DNA of 63,518 nt, the filler included, from Chiloscyllium plagiosum (lineage: Eukaryota): NCBI RefSeq assembly GCF_004010195.1. It is 4 parts of one record of this genome, joined end to end, with 100 filler letters (N's around TTAATTAATTAA, not from the genome) between each part and the next. Parts side by side here need not be neighbours in the genome. Positions count along the whole stretch, not along the records: positions 22,313 to 43,648 come from NC_057712.1; positions 43,749 to 60,857 come from NC_057712.1; 2 more parts are not named here. One strand, given 5' to 3'. The notes below the pieces were generated by a model, which saw nothing but the letters and a program-made list of their open reading frames with translations, was not told the DNA's origin and made no database searches. Shown here in pieces: positions 39,089 through 52,455 of the stretch (positions are counted from its first letter, which is position 1; the number at the start of each line of letters is the position of its first letter). The position numbers and the translations under genes are program-made.

Positions 39089-40572
39089 TCTGTGGAGAGA
39101 AATCAGAGTGAAGGTTTCAGGTCCTTCCTCGGAACTCAAGGGGAAGACTGAGAGGTAGAGGATGCCACAATGTGGGCAAGGACATCGTGCACTTGGCTGG
39201 GGCAAAACAGCGAAAGCAAAAGGCACACTGACATGACTCAGTGTCGTCCTTAGGCCACAAACTAGTGCAATTGATGGAGAGGAAAGCACTCGCAAGAAAC
39301 TTATACAAGGGTGCAAAGCCTGTAGAGCAGCTACAATGGGTGACTTTGATTATCTGAATGTACGCTGGACTAGTCACAGTGGCATGAGCAAAGAGGGGAA
39401 AATGTTCCTCAGGGATAGAACATAGAACATAGAAAAACACAGCGCAGTACAGGCCCTTCGGCCCTCGATGTTGCGCCGATCCAAGCCCACCTAACCTACA
39501 CTAGCCCACTATCCTCCATCTGCCTATCCAATGCCCGCTTAAATGCCCATAATGAGGGAGAGTCCACCACTGCTACTGGCAGGGCATTCCATGAACTCAC
39601 GACTCGCTGAGTAAAGAACCTACCCCTAACATCTGTCCTATACCTACCCCCTCCTTAATTTAAAGCTATCTTGAAAACTTCCTGCAACAGTATAAATAAA
39701 AACAAAAATTAGTAGCAGGAATAGGCCATTCTGCCCTCAAGCCAGTTGTAATGCTATTTAATATGATCATGGCTGATCCTCTATTTTAATGACAAAATCC
39801 AGCTTTCTCTCCATACCCCATGATGCCTTTAATATTTTAAAAAAAAAACCTTTTCTCTTGAGTATATTCAATTATTTGGCTTCTACAGCCTTCTGTGATT
39901 GAGAATTCCACAGGCTGTCTACCTTTTAAGTGAAGAAATATTTCCTCTTCTCAATCCTAAATTGTTTACCCTCAGACTGTGATCCTTGGTTCGAGACTCT
40001 CCAGTCAGGCGAAGTTTCCTTCCTGCACCTAGTCTGCCCAATCCTGATGGAATTGTATGTGTTTCAATCGTATCCTTTCACATCCTTTTAATGTCTAGTG
40101 AATATAGGCCCTTCGCTAGCACTCCAGCATCCCAAATTAATGTTCTGGTTTGAATCCCACCACAGTAATAAAAATGTCTGGAATTTAAACTAAGCTATCC
40201 CCGTGTAAACACTGCCAATTGTCGTTAAAAAAAAACCAATCTGGTTTCAGATCCAGAGCAAAGTGATTGACTGTTACCATCCCCTCTGGGCAATTAGGGA
40301 TGGGCAATAACTGCTGACTTAGCCAGAGTTGCCTACATCCCTGCATTTGGCTGGGGCAAAAGAACATGAGAAAAGGTACACTGACATTACTCAGTGTAGT
40401 CTTTAGGTCACAAATTCGCGCAATAGATGAATGAAGTCAAATCGATCGCTCCTCATAGGACAGCGTTGTCATCTCTGATATCAGCTTGGTGAACCTGTGC
40501 TGGTTCCTATACTCTTTTTCAAGCAAGTATATCCTCAGTTAGGTAGGGAAACCAAAATTGCCAACAATTGGT

Positions 40573-41056
40573 GGGCAGCACGGTGGCACAGTGGTTAGCA
40601 CTGCTGCCTCGCAGCGCCAGGGACCCGGGTTCAATTCCCAGCCTCAGGCGACTGACTGTGTGGAGTTTGCACATTCTCCCCGTGTCTGCGTGGGTTTCCT
40701 CCGGGTGCTCCGGTTTCCTCCCACAGTCCAAAGATGTGCAGGTTAGGGTGGATTGGTCATGCTAAATTGTCCCCGTAGTGCCCAGGGATGTGCGGGTTAG
40801 GGTGGATTGACTGTGCTAAATTGTCCCCGTAGTGCCCAGGGATGTGCGGGTTAGGGTGGATTGGCCGTGCTAAATTGTCCCGTAGTGCCCAGGGATGTGC
40901 AGGTCAGGGTGAATTGGCCGTGCTAAATTGCCCATAGTGTTAGGTAAGGGGTAAATGTAGGGGTATGGATGGGTTGCGCTTCGGCGGGTCGGTGTGGACT
41001 TGTTGGGCCGAAGGGCCTGTTTCCGCACTGTAATGTAATCTAATCTAATCTAATCT
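40573..41056 (+). mobile_element. HE1 SINE with internal tandem amplification of the 53-54 bp unit
   Basis: Complete head and tail with three extra internal units. Confidence 0.9.
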
Positions 41057-41322
41057 CCAGGTGTAGTCTCATCCAGGTCCTATATAACTATAGTAAGACA
41101 TCCCTTCATCTGAACTCAAATCCAGTTCAAGAAGAAAGGGGTTACTGCTACACCTGGGTCTTGGGGCACAGGTAGATCAAGGAGCAGCAAATGGGGGAAC
41201 TTTTGAGAATCAGCGATCATGGTATCATAAGTTTTAGGAGACATAATTAACTGGGGGAGAGCCAACTAGGCTAAGAATGGATCTAGGTTGAATGAGTTGG
41301 AGTTACAGGTTAGGAGGAACAA

Positions 41323-41604
41323 TTACAGTGTGGAAACAGGCCCTTCAGCCCAACAAGTCCACACCGACCCTCCGAAGAGCAACCCACCCCTCTCTGACTA
41401 ATGCGCTCTGGGCAATGTAGCATGGCCAATTCACCTGACCTGCACATCTTTGGACTGTGGGAGGAAATCCACGCAGACACGGTTGGGGGGGTGGGGGGAG
41501 AGAATGTGCAAACTCCACACAGACAGTCGCCTGAGGCTGGAAGTGAACCTGGGACCCTGGTGCTGTGAGGCAGCAGTGCTAACCACTGAGCCACCGTGCC
41601 GCCC
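41323..41604 (-). mobile_element. HE1 SINE
   Basis: HE1 motifs on the minus strand. Confidence 0.85.
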
Positions 41605-43224
41605 CATTATAGCCAAATAACATGCGACCTTTGAAGAAGAATTATTCAAGCACAGGCACTATCCCTTTAACGGTAACAGTAGATCAAACAAATCCATAGC
41701 CCGTTGGATGATCAAAAAAAGTACCAATTGCGTACTAAGTACAGTTGAGGAGTAAACTGAATATAAACAGTTTAGAGGGAACTGAAGAAGAAATATGAGA
41801 AACTAAGAGTGGGTAGACAACAGGAAAGGGATTTCCAACATCTTCTCACAATACCATGTTAGTTAGGTAAGGGGTAAGTGTAGGGGTATGGGTGGGTTGC
41901 GCTTCGGCGGGTCGGTGTGGACTTGTTGGGCCGAAGGGCCTGTTTCCACACTGTAATGTAATCTAAACTAAAACAAAAAATTCGCATCCCTCTCGCCTGA
42001 CTACATGGTTTATTCCTGTTTGTGAAACTAGGCCAAAGTATTCACCCAACTCCACAAGCATGTTCCCACTGCCCCTCCCCACCTCCAAGCTCATGGACCA
42101 GAATCTAACAGGCCCCACCGCCTCTATGATTATCACCCTGCTGTATAACTAAGTACAGCAATCTTTGAGCTCTCCTTAAATTCACCCGCCAACATCTTTT
42201 CCCATGTATCCTGATATTCTTGGTCGTATTAACAGTGGTGCAAAGTATAAGAACAAGGGAACTTGGCAAAGCATTTATAAATCAGAAGTGGCTCCCAAAA
42301 TTTGTGATTAATTACAAGCTGATCATCAGTCATTTTACGAGTAGAAATCTAACTGGTGACATCCAATAGGTTGAGTTGGAAGGGGTTAATCCTTCAGAAA
42401 CGACGAAGAGGTAGCAATCCCCAGAAATTAATTGTTGATCCGAACTTTTGTGATCGTAGGTGTGACAGTATTAACTCAAGGGCGGATAAAGGAAGTGTAC
42501 AAGGACAGCACACATGCATGGGAACACAAATTCCCCTCCAAGCCGCCAACCATCCTGACTTGGAAATAAAGGGTCATTCCTTTATGGCTGCTGGCTCAAA
42601 ATCTTCGAACCTCTCCCTGACGTCATTATGGATCTACCTCCAGCACATGGACAGCAATGGTTCAAGGCAGTTAACCAGCTCCTTCTCCAAGGTAACTAGG
42701 GACGGACAACCAATGCTGGCCCAGCTAGTGAAGCCCAATCCCATGAATGAATCCCGACAAAAGGATCGGAAGTTAACACCTGGCACATGTGGGGCTAATA
42801 TTTGAGAGTCCTGATAGGTAGAGATAATAGAGACCTTTGTACGTTGAATGGGGGATTGATAGGGGATGGCAGACTACCAAATTTCTTCACAATATGTTGG
42901 ACCATCAACCAGGGTCATTGAGGAAGGCATCAGTGGAGATTCTGTTGGCTGATGAATGTGACTGAACAGGGTTTCTGGTTGATGAGTGTCTTATGAATGG
43001 GCTTTGGATGATGACACTGATTAAGCTAGGGGGGGGTCTGACTGATGAGGCTCTGTAGAACTCGCTCTACTAATGCATTCTTCAAATGGGCCCCTAATGG
43101 CTGCCTCTTTGAGGTGAAGCTTTGATTGATCATCCCTTGAGCTAGTGCCTGAGACACACACATTTTCCCCCCCACCCCACCCCCTTCCTTTTGCTTTGCT
43201 TTGGGCTCCTGTCATAGTCAATTA

Positions 43225-43400
43225 TTGACGACCCGGCCCCACCTCTTCCACAAAGTAGCCAATCAGCGCGGTGTAGAGTCAGGCCTTTGTTGACGTGGGT
43301 CCAAGCAACAAGAGCCCATTGTTCTCAGCGACCAATCAAAGCTCGAACTGGTCAAAAGCCATGCGGTATAAATAGCGCAGGCGTCAAGGGGAGGCACCAG
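43225..43400 (+). promoter_or_regulatory. Promoter of a second, divergently oriented alpha-tubulin paralog
   Basis: Inverted homolog of 34590-34765; CCAAT at 43259 and 43332; TGACGT; TATAAATA at 43367-43374. Confidence 0.85.
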
Positions 43401-43432
43401 ATCGTGAGAAGCTGCGGCAATAGAGAGACATT

Positions 43433-43435
43433 ATG
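43433..43435 (+). CDS. TUBA: ATG-only exon 1 of a second alpha-tubulin gene (remainder not in window)
   Basis: ACATT-ATG|GTAAGG, followed by sequence homologous to intron 1 of the first gene; the contig ends at 43648. Confidence 0.65.
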
Positions 43436-43575
43436 GTAAGGGCACGTGACAGAATGCGGAGAACGCCAGGGTTCCATTGAGACAGAGAGGTCACCAGCAG
43501 TCAGGGGTGGTGGATCAGAGGGATGGGGTCAGACTGATAGGGTCTGATAGTGGAAAGTTATCATGGTTGGAGGGT

Positions 43576-43648
43576 AGGGTTGGGTTGGGTTGGGTTGGGT
43601 TGGCGGTGGGGTTGGGTTGGGTTGGGTTGGGTTGGGTGGGGTTGGGTG
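43576..43648 (+). repeat. (GGGTT)n microsatellite at contig end
   Basis: Directly visible. Confidence 0.9.
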
Positions 43649-43748
43649 NNNNNNNNNNNNNNNNNNNNNNNNNNNNNNNNNNNNNNNNNNNNTTAATTAA
43701 TTAANNNNNNNNNNNNNNNNNNNNNNNNNNNNNNNNNNNNNNNNNNNN
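43649..43748. other. Artificial scaffold linker N44-TTAATTAATTAA-N44
   Basis: Same structure as 22213-22312. Confidence 0.97.
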
Positions 43749-45140
43749 TATCCCTTATCAAAAATGCCACTCCCCCTCCTATCTTGCCTCCCTTTCTGTC
43801 CTTCCTGTAGCATTTGTATCCTGGAACATTAAGCTGCCAGTCCTGCCCATCCCTGAACCATGTTTCTGTAATTGCTATGATATCCCAGTCCCATGTTCCT
43901 AACCATGCCCTGAGTTCATCTGCCTTCCCTGTTAGGCCCTTTGCATTGATATAAATGCAGTTTAATTTATTAGTCCTACCTTGTCCCTGCCTCCCCTGAC
44001 TGTTTGACTCACTTCTGTTCTCAGCTGTACCAGTCTCAGATTGACCTCTTTCCTCACTATCTCCCTGGGTCCCACCTCCCTCACCTTACTAGTTTAAATC
44101 CTCCCGAGCAGCTCTAGCAAATTTCCCTGCCAGTATATTAGTCCCCTTCCAATTTTGGTGCAATCCATCCTTTTTGTAAAGGTGACTTCTACCCTAAAAG
44201 AGATTCAAATGATCCAAAAATGTGAATCCTTCTCCCATACACCAGTTCCTCAGCCATGCTCTATCCTCCTATTCCTGCCCTCACTAGCTCGTAGCACCAG
44301 AAGAAATCCAGATATTACTACTCTCGAGGACCTCCTTTTTAAATTTCTGGCCTACTCTCTGTAATCTCCCTTCAGAATCTCAACCTTTTCCCTCCTATGT
44401 CATTGGTTCCAATGTGGACAATGACCTCCTGCTGGCCCCTCTCCCCTGTGAGAACATTCTGCACCATCTCTGAGACATCCTTGATCCTGGCATCAGGGAA
44501 GCAACATACCATTCTGCTTTTTCACTGCTGGCCATAGAAACCTCAGACTAGAGAATCGCCTGCCACAATTGTTCTCTTGGAACCCGACGTACCCCTCATT
44601 GCATTAGAGCCAGTCTCAATACCAGAAACGTGGCTGTTCGTGCTACGTTCCCCTGAGAATCCATCACCCCCTACATTTTCCAAAACAGCATACCTGTTTG
44701 AAATGGGTAGATCCACAAAAGACTCCTGCACTAGCTGCCTACCTCTCTTACCCTTCCTGGAGTTAACCCATCTATGTGACTGTATCTGAGACTTCCCCCC
44801 TTCCTATAACTGCCATCCATCACATACTGTTGCTGTTGCAAATTCCTCATTGCTTCTGTCTGTCTCTCCAACCGATCCATTCAATCTGATAAGATTTGCA
44901 GCCTACAGCATTTATGGTAGATATAATCCGCAGTAACCCTTAAACTCTCTTTAAACTCCCACATCTAACAAGAAGCACATATCACTGCAAAGGCCATTTT
45001 TGCTCCTTTACAATCTACAGACCTGGAAAATAGCACCGTCTTATTCCTCTACAAAACACTGTCCCAAGTTAAATTAATAGTTGTGGCTTATATTTTAAGT
45101 TTAATCAAGAGGCATATTTCCAAAAACATATAATCAAGAA
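43749..45140 (-). mobile_element. CR1 LINE 5' part (ORF1 and start of APE), decayed
   Basis: PISNRYAVLE...IVAGDSLV ORF1 motifs. Confidence 0.75.
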
Positions 45141-45653
45141 ACTTGAGAAACTTGAAAGGTTTTAGAAAACATTTGCAAGGATGTTGCCAGGATTGGACAA
45201 ATTGAGCTACAGGGATAGGTTGAATAAGCTGGGGCTGTTTTCCCTGGAGGGTCAGAGGCTGAAGGGTGGCCTTATAGAGGTGTATAATGTCATGAGGGGC
45301 ATGTACAGGGTAAATAAATAAGATATTTTCCCTGAGGTTGGGGAGTCCAGAACTAGAGGGTATAGGTTTAGGGTGAGAGAGGAAAGATATAAAAGAGACC
45401 TAAGGGGCAACTTTTTCATGCAGCGGGGGTATGTGTATGGAATGAGCTGCCAGAGGAAGTGGTGGAGGCTAGTACAATTGCAACATTTTAAAGACATTTG
45501 GATGGGTATATGAATAGGGAGGGTTTGGAGGGATATGGGCTGGGTGCTGGCACGTGGGACTAGATTGGGGTGGGATATCTGGTCGGCATGGACGGGTTGG
45601 ACCGAAGGGTCTGTTTCCATGCTGTAACTCTGTATGACTCTATGACTCTATGA
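45141..45653 (+). mobile_element. CR1 LINE 3' end
   Basis: RMLPGL...LGLFSLE; tail (ATGACTCT)n. Confidence 0.85.
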
Positions 45654-46319
45654 ACTACCTTCTCCCTTCAGCCATTTGCCATCCTATCCCCTTTCCCACT
45701 GACCTTAAACATTTAATCTTCTGTCCATAGTTGCCCAAAAAATCTTTGAGACATTTAAATTCTTTACTTACCAGAATATAAGAGTGAGCGCTGTAAAACA
45801 GGTGCATGTGGCTTTCATGATGAACAATTGTTGGGGTCATTTCACTGATTGTTTCCCCCCAGAAATATCAATTTGCTGTGTGTATAATTAAGAAAAAGGG
45901 TTAGATCACAGTGAGCACGGGTCTATTGCGGAGATATTGAGGCAGAAAGAACAATTTCTGGCTTTTCTCCCCTTCCCTTCTCCTCCATCTATCCATGGGG
46001 TAGACAACTGTTTCATCTGATAGGGTTTTGAGGGCAGCTGAGATGAAACAAGTTCAATCTTACTGGTTATTAAATCACCCTGGGGTAAATTTCCGGAACA
46101 GCAGACAATTAGCCAGGAATGCCTTGCAATCTTGTTTAATTCTTAGCTAGGAATCAAACACTCATGGAGTTCTGGACCAATAAACAGCCCAGAATAGGCA
46201 GCAGTCATGATAATAATGAGCTGGTGCAACTGCCCTCAAGAAACTGCTACTATTTAGAATTAGCTTCAGGAAAATCACCCTCAATAATTTTACAGTACAG
46301 AAGAAGCCAACACTTCCTG

Positions 46320-47390
46320 AAGAACTGGCTCAAAGACAGAGGGTGGTGATGGAGGGTTTCAGATTGGATGCCTGTGACCAGTGGAATGCCACAAGGATCA
46401 GTGCTGGGTCCATTACTTTTTATCATTTATACAAATGATTTGGATGTGAGCTTAAGAGGTAAAAGTAGTAAGTTTGCAGATGACACCAAAATTGGAGGTG
46501 TAGTGGACAGCAAAAGAAGGTTATCTCAGATTAAATTGGGATCTTGATCAGATGAGCCAATTGGGCTGAAAAGTGGCAGATGGAGTTTAATTTAGATAAA
46601 TGTGAGGTGCTGCATTTTGGGAAAGCAAATCTTAGCAGGACTTATACACTTAATGGTAAGGTTGTAAGGAGTGTTGCTGAACAAAGAGACCTTGGAGTGC
46701 AGGTTCATAGCTCCTTGAAAGTAGAGTCGCAGGTAGAATGGATGGTGAAAAAGGCGTTTGGTATGCTTTCCTTTATTGGTCAGAGTATTGAGTATCGGAG
46801 TTGGGAGGTCATGTTGTGGCTGTAGAGAACATTGGTTAGGCCACTGTTGGAATATTGGGTGCAATTCTGGTCTCCTTCCTATTGGAAGGATGTTGTGAAA
46901 CTTGAAAGGGTTCAGAAAAGATTTACAAGGATGTTGCCAGGGTTGGAGGATTTGAGTTATAGGGAGAGGTTGAATAGGCTGGGGCTGTTTTCCCTCGAGC
47001 GTCGCAGGTTGAGGGGTGACCATTTCAAGGTTTATAAATCATGAGGGGCATGAATAGGATAAATAAACAAAGCCTTTTCGTGAGGTGGAGGAGTCCAGAA
47101 CTAGAGCGCATAGGTTAGGGTGAGAGGGGAAAGATATAAAAGAGACCTAAGGGGCAACCTTTTCATGCAGCGAGTTGTGGTGTATGGAATGAACTGCCAG
47201 AGGATGTGGTGGAGGCTGGTACAATTGCAACATTTAAGAGGCATTTGAATTGGTATATGAATAGGAAGGGTTTGGAGGGATATGGGCTGGGTGCTGACAG
47301 GTGGGACCAGATTGGGTTGGGATATCTGGTTGGCATGGACGAATTGCACTGAAGGGTCTATTTCCATGCTGTACATCTCTATGACTCTAA
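46320..47390 (+). mobile_element. CR1 LINE RT and 3' end
   Basis: [44 protein letters not shown]. Confidence 0.9.
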
Positions 47391-50300
47391 GTGAAAATAT
47401 TTTAAGTGAGTTCATCTGTTTTTCACTTTAAATTATTATTCTTAAAATAACACCACTACTTAGCCTTTTATGCTTGTGCATGAGCTCTTAAGCAATGCAA
47501 GATCTTTGAGTTCTGCCGGTGTAGCCAGTGACATCCACATCCCATGAATGAATAAAAATAATTTTTCATAAGTGATTGTTAGCTAAGTTTAAGCTCATGT
47601 AACTTTTTAATATTTATTCATCCATGTGATGTAGGGGGTCATCACTGACTAGGCTGGCATTTATTGCCCATCCTTAATTGTCCAAATGCCAGTTAAGAGT
47701 CAATCATGTTCCTGTGGATCTGGAGAGACATGTATGCCAGATCAGAAAAGGGCAGCAGGTTTTCTTCCCAAGAAGGCATTTGTGAATCAGATGGTTTTGT
47801 CCATTAGTGATTCCATGGTCATCATTAGACTCTCTACCTAAATTGTTCCAGATTTGCTATGATGGGATTTGAATCTAGGTCCCCAGAGTATTACCTGGGT
47901 CTCCAAATTTAATGGTTTAATGATAATGCCAATATGCCATCTGCTCCACCTGATTGAAGGTGGTTTATTGACCCAGCTGAATGGAAGGAAATGGAGAGTA
48001 TAGTTCAAGAAAAGGCCTTCTAATTGGCAGAGTGTGACTGATCATGATCTGCAAAGGTTTATTTTGAAGCTTGAGTTATTCACACCATTTATTCATGACT
48101 TAGATGATAGAAGTGAAAGCTACATATTCAAGTTCTCTAGTGACCACAAAGTTAAGACCCAATATAAGTAGCGTAGAGGGAATAATTAAAACACAAAGAG
48201 ATAAACAGATGAAGTGAAGAGCCAAAGAATGAAAAACGGAGTTCAATGAAGGCAAATATAAGGTCAGCTACTTTGGACTTAAAAAGAATAGATTAAAATA
48301 CCTAATCAGAAATCTAGCCACACTTCCTTGCATTATGAACTACCACTATGCAGTGGTTGTATTGCATTTTATCTGGAATATTATCTGCAAACTCCTGTCT
48401 GTACCTAGGACCTCTTTAGTTTCATGGTGGCAAACTACTTAAAAATTTCAGGAGCTGAAAAGGGATCACTGGACTCAAAATGTTAACCCTGTTTTCTCCC
48501 CACAGATGCTACCAAAACAAGTGAATTTCACCAGGAATGTCTGATTTTTCGTTTGATTTAGTTTGATTTATAATTGTCACATGTACCTAGGTCCAGTGAA
48601 AAATTCTGTTTTGCATGCAGTACAGGCAGATCATATCATACAAAGTGTGTCAGGGTAATAGAAGAAAGTGAAGTATACATGTTACAGCTGCAGAGAAGGT
48701 GCACAAAGAGCGAGGTCAACATTAAATTTGAGCAATCCATTCAGAAGTCTAATAACAGCGGGGAAGAAGCTGTTCTTGAATCTTTTGGTCCATGTGTTTT
48801 CACATTTGTACCTTCTGCCTTATGTAAGAGATTGGAAGAGATTATGACTGGGGTGGGGGTGCGGGTCTTTGATGATGTTGGCGCCTTTCTGAGGCAGTGA
48901 GAAATATAGATGGAGTCAGTGGATAGAAGGTTAGCTTGCATGATGGACTCACAAATCTGTAGTTTCTTATGGTTCTGGGTGGAGCAGTTTAAGATTAGAT
49001 TAGATTCCCTACAGTGTGGAAACAGGCCCTTCGGCCCAACCAGTCCACACCATGATACTAAATCATGATACATCCAGATAGAATGCTTTCTATGGTGCAT
49101 CTATAAAAGTTTATCAGATGCTGATTTTCCTCAGCCTACTGAGGAAGTAGAGGTGTTGTGCTTTCTTGACCATTTTTCTTTGTTTCAGATCCGTTGCAGC
49201 AGCAGTTCTGTGTTTCATAGCATTTGAGATTCAGCTAAGCTTTGGAACTGTGCAAACCAAATTAGAATTGATTAACACTTGAAGATTTTTTTTCCTTTCT
49301 GTCCCTTTAATAATGGCCCATAGCCAGGCAAACATTGAAGTGCATATTTCCTAAATTTTATCAACACTAAATTCTCACAGCCTTGTGTGTTGTTTTTTCA
49401 TCTATCTAGCTGGGATATGAGTTAAAAAATAAATAAATTTTCCTGCCAAACAGAATGGCAGAAAAACATAAGCTGTTGCAAAATGATATGAACCTCCCTC
49501 TAAACATTTTTGAAGACATGAAGTAGATGGTTTATGAGAAGCAAGAAAGTTATTTGAATTTTTATTTTATCATAAACAGTCACAGAATGCTCACATTCAG
49601 GAAACACCATCACTAATTACACCTTTGAGTAGAAGCAGAGGTGACTGGAAAGAACAGTGAATGGAAATATCAGCAACCTCAAACAACAGTCCCGTGTGTC
49701 TGTAGGACATTAGTATTATTTTCTGAATGAGCCAATTAAAAACCTGCACATAGTTTGGCATCTACTTTACACATTTAAAAAAAAGTGAGGCAACAGCTCT
49801 GTCTCATGCAACAGGAAATCCCAAAGCAGGCTTGTACGAAACATTTGGAATGTCAGATTGTGAGGAATGGGCTTGTTTCAGAAATTTCTTAATAAACCAT
49901 AACACACATAACGGAAAACAGTAGTCACAAAAAGGATATTAAAATGATGGCACTTTCCAATTATGACTTTTTAGACAACTTTTTCCATCATATTTATTCC
50001 CACATCTGTATAATACTCCTTGCACAGCTTTGACTGATTATTTGCAAACCCCTTTTTGTAACACTTATAATAGTTCTTCATCCTTCAAACAAATCCTGTT
50101 GACAAGTACATAACACATGGTTTGACTTAATTAAAAGTTATAAGAGAAAGAAATTGAATTTTCTTATTAAAAGTTCATTTATTCAGCAAGTAAAACTGTC
50201 TAGTAACTGACAGAAATTCTGAAAGGAAAGTATGATTTTATATGGAAATTGTTTGCAAATATTCATTTGTACATTATGTATTGGCTGCCTTGCCAACATC

Positions 50301-50834
50301 AAGTGACTGTTACCTTTTCTGCAACTTGTATTCATTTTATTTGCTTCAGCCATTAAACACATCACATGAAACAAAAGGCTGAATTTTCCCTCACTTGTGT
50401 GGTGTGAGTTGTGCGAGAAAGGTGAGAAACTGTGAAGAGAATTTTTTAAAAATCCTTTGATGCTGAGAATTTATTTTCTGATATTCCTATCAATCCTCAA
50501 GATTATATTTGCTGGAATTCAGAAGAATTAGGGAGGATCTTATAGAAACCTATAAATCTTCCCATCAATCCTTAAATACAACTTCAGAATCTCCTCATTG
50601 AGGGGCAACAAGCTCATTTCCATGTATTTGCATCTCTTTTAAACCCCACTTCACATTATTTATGTACCACTTCCAACTCTTCTCTTTTCTACTGAAAAAA
50701 AATAGCCTAGATGACATAAATTCTCAATCTGTAACTCAGAGTGGGACCTGGCAGCTGCAGATTGCTGAGTGTTGTGCTGACCATCATGTAACTGCTTTTT
50801 CATAATAACATACATCCTTGCTCCATGACCTCGA

Positions 50835-51440
50835 AACATAGAAACAATGGACCCTTCAAACCTGCCTCACCATTCATTTTGACCATGCCTCATCATCAAG
50901 CTCAATAACCTTTTCCTGCTTTTCCCCATATCCACTGATCCCTTTAATCCCAAATATTACATCCAAATTCTTCTTGAAATCGCACAATATTGTGACCTTG
51001 AATGTTTTTTGTGGTAGCAGATTTCACAAACTCACCACAGTCGAGGTGAAGAAATTTATCTTCATTTCGGTCCTAAATGGTTTACTCTGTATCCTTAGAT
51101 TCCGAGTTCTAGAATCCCTTGTCATCAAGAACATCATTTCCATACCCACCTATCTAGTTCTGTTAAAATTATACAGGTTTCTATAAAAGTTCCCATCATT
51201 CTTCTCAACTCCAACAAATATGATACTAGCCCTTTCAACCTCTTCACATACATCATTCCTGCCATCCCAAGAATCAGTCTGGTAAATCTTTACTTCACTC
51301 CTTTCTGGGAGGAATATCCTTCCTCAGATAAGGAGACCGAAGTTGCACATTATATTCCAGATGGAGCCACCAAGACTCTATGCAATTGCAGCAAGACATC
51401 CCTCCTTCTGTATTCAAATCTGCTTGCTATGAAAGTCAAA
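50835..51440 (-). mobile_element. Old CR1 3' fragment (continues at about 52455-52985)
   Basis: Degenerate CR1 RT C-terminal and tail sequence. Confidence 0.55.
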
Positions 51441-52455
51441 TGAATCAATGGGAATCAGGGACTAACTCTCCTCTATTTGCTGTCATACCTGAAACAGGGC
51501 AACATGGCTAAGATTGTTGGAGGTCTGTCATCTGAGCTCCAAGACATATCAAGGTAATGACCTGTACCCAACCATCTTCAGCTGCTTCATCAATCATCTT
51601 CCCTCCATCATGAGTGGGGATGTTCACTAATGATTGCACAATTTTCAGCACATTTCGTAATTCCTCAGATACTGAAGCAGTCCATGTTCAAATACAACAA
51701 GACCTGGATAATGTCCAGGCTTGGGCTGACAATTTGCACCATACAAATGACCATCACCAATAAGAGACAATCTAATCACTGCCGCTTGACACTCAATGGC
51801 ATTCCCATCACTGAATGCCCCACTATCAACATCCTGGGGGTTACTATTGACCAGAAACTCAACTGGGCTTTCCACTTAAAAACAATGGCTAAAAGAGCAG
51901 ATCAGAGGATAGGAATACTATGATAAGCAACTCACCTTCTGACTGCCCAAAGCCCATCCATCATCTATAAGGCACAAGTCAGGAGTGTGATGGAATACTG
52001 GATGGATGCATCTTCAACAAGCTTGAAACCATCCTGGACAAGCAGCCATGTTGCCACAACATCCACTTCCTCAATCACTGATGCTCAGTAGAAGCAGTGT
52101 GTACTATCTACAAACTGTACTGCAAAGTTCACCAAAGATCCCCAGACAGTACCTTCCAAATCCATGACCACTTCTATTTAGAGGGACAAGCGCAGTAGAT
52201 ATATGGGAACACCACCACCTTCAAATTCTCCTCCAAGCCACTCACCATCCTGATGTGGAAACATATTGCTGTTCCTTCACTGTTGCTGGGTCAAAATCCT
52301 GGAATTTCTTCCATAAGGGCATTTAGATTTACCTCCAGCATGTGGACTGCAGTGGTTCAAGAAGGCTGTTCACCACCACCTTCTCAAGGGCTACTGGAGA
52401 TGGACGATAAACACTGGGCAGCCAGCAAAAACCTACATCCTAAGAATGATTTTCT
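51440..52455 (+). mobile_element. Decayed CR1/L2-group LINE 3' part whose tail resembles the Deu-type SINE tail
   Basis: INILGVTIDQKLNW, YKAQVRSVMEY. Related tails at about 32030-32390 and 42500-42755. Confidence 0.7.

Noticed and set aside
43576..43648. Telomeric repeat
   Set aside because: The unit is GGGTT, not TTAGGG; a simple G-rich microsatellite.
49200..50400. AT-rich unique stretch as an exon or conserved non-coding element
   Set aside because: No recognisable coding or RNA signature; conservation cannot be judged from one sequence.
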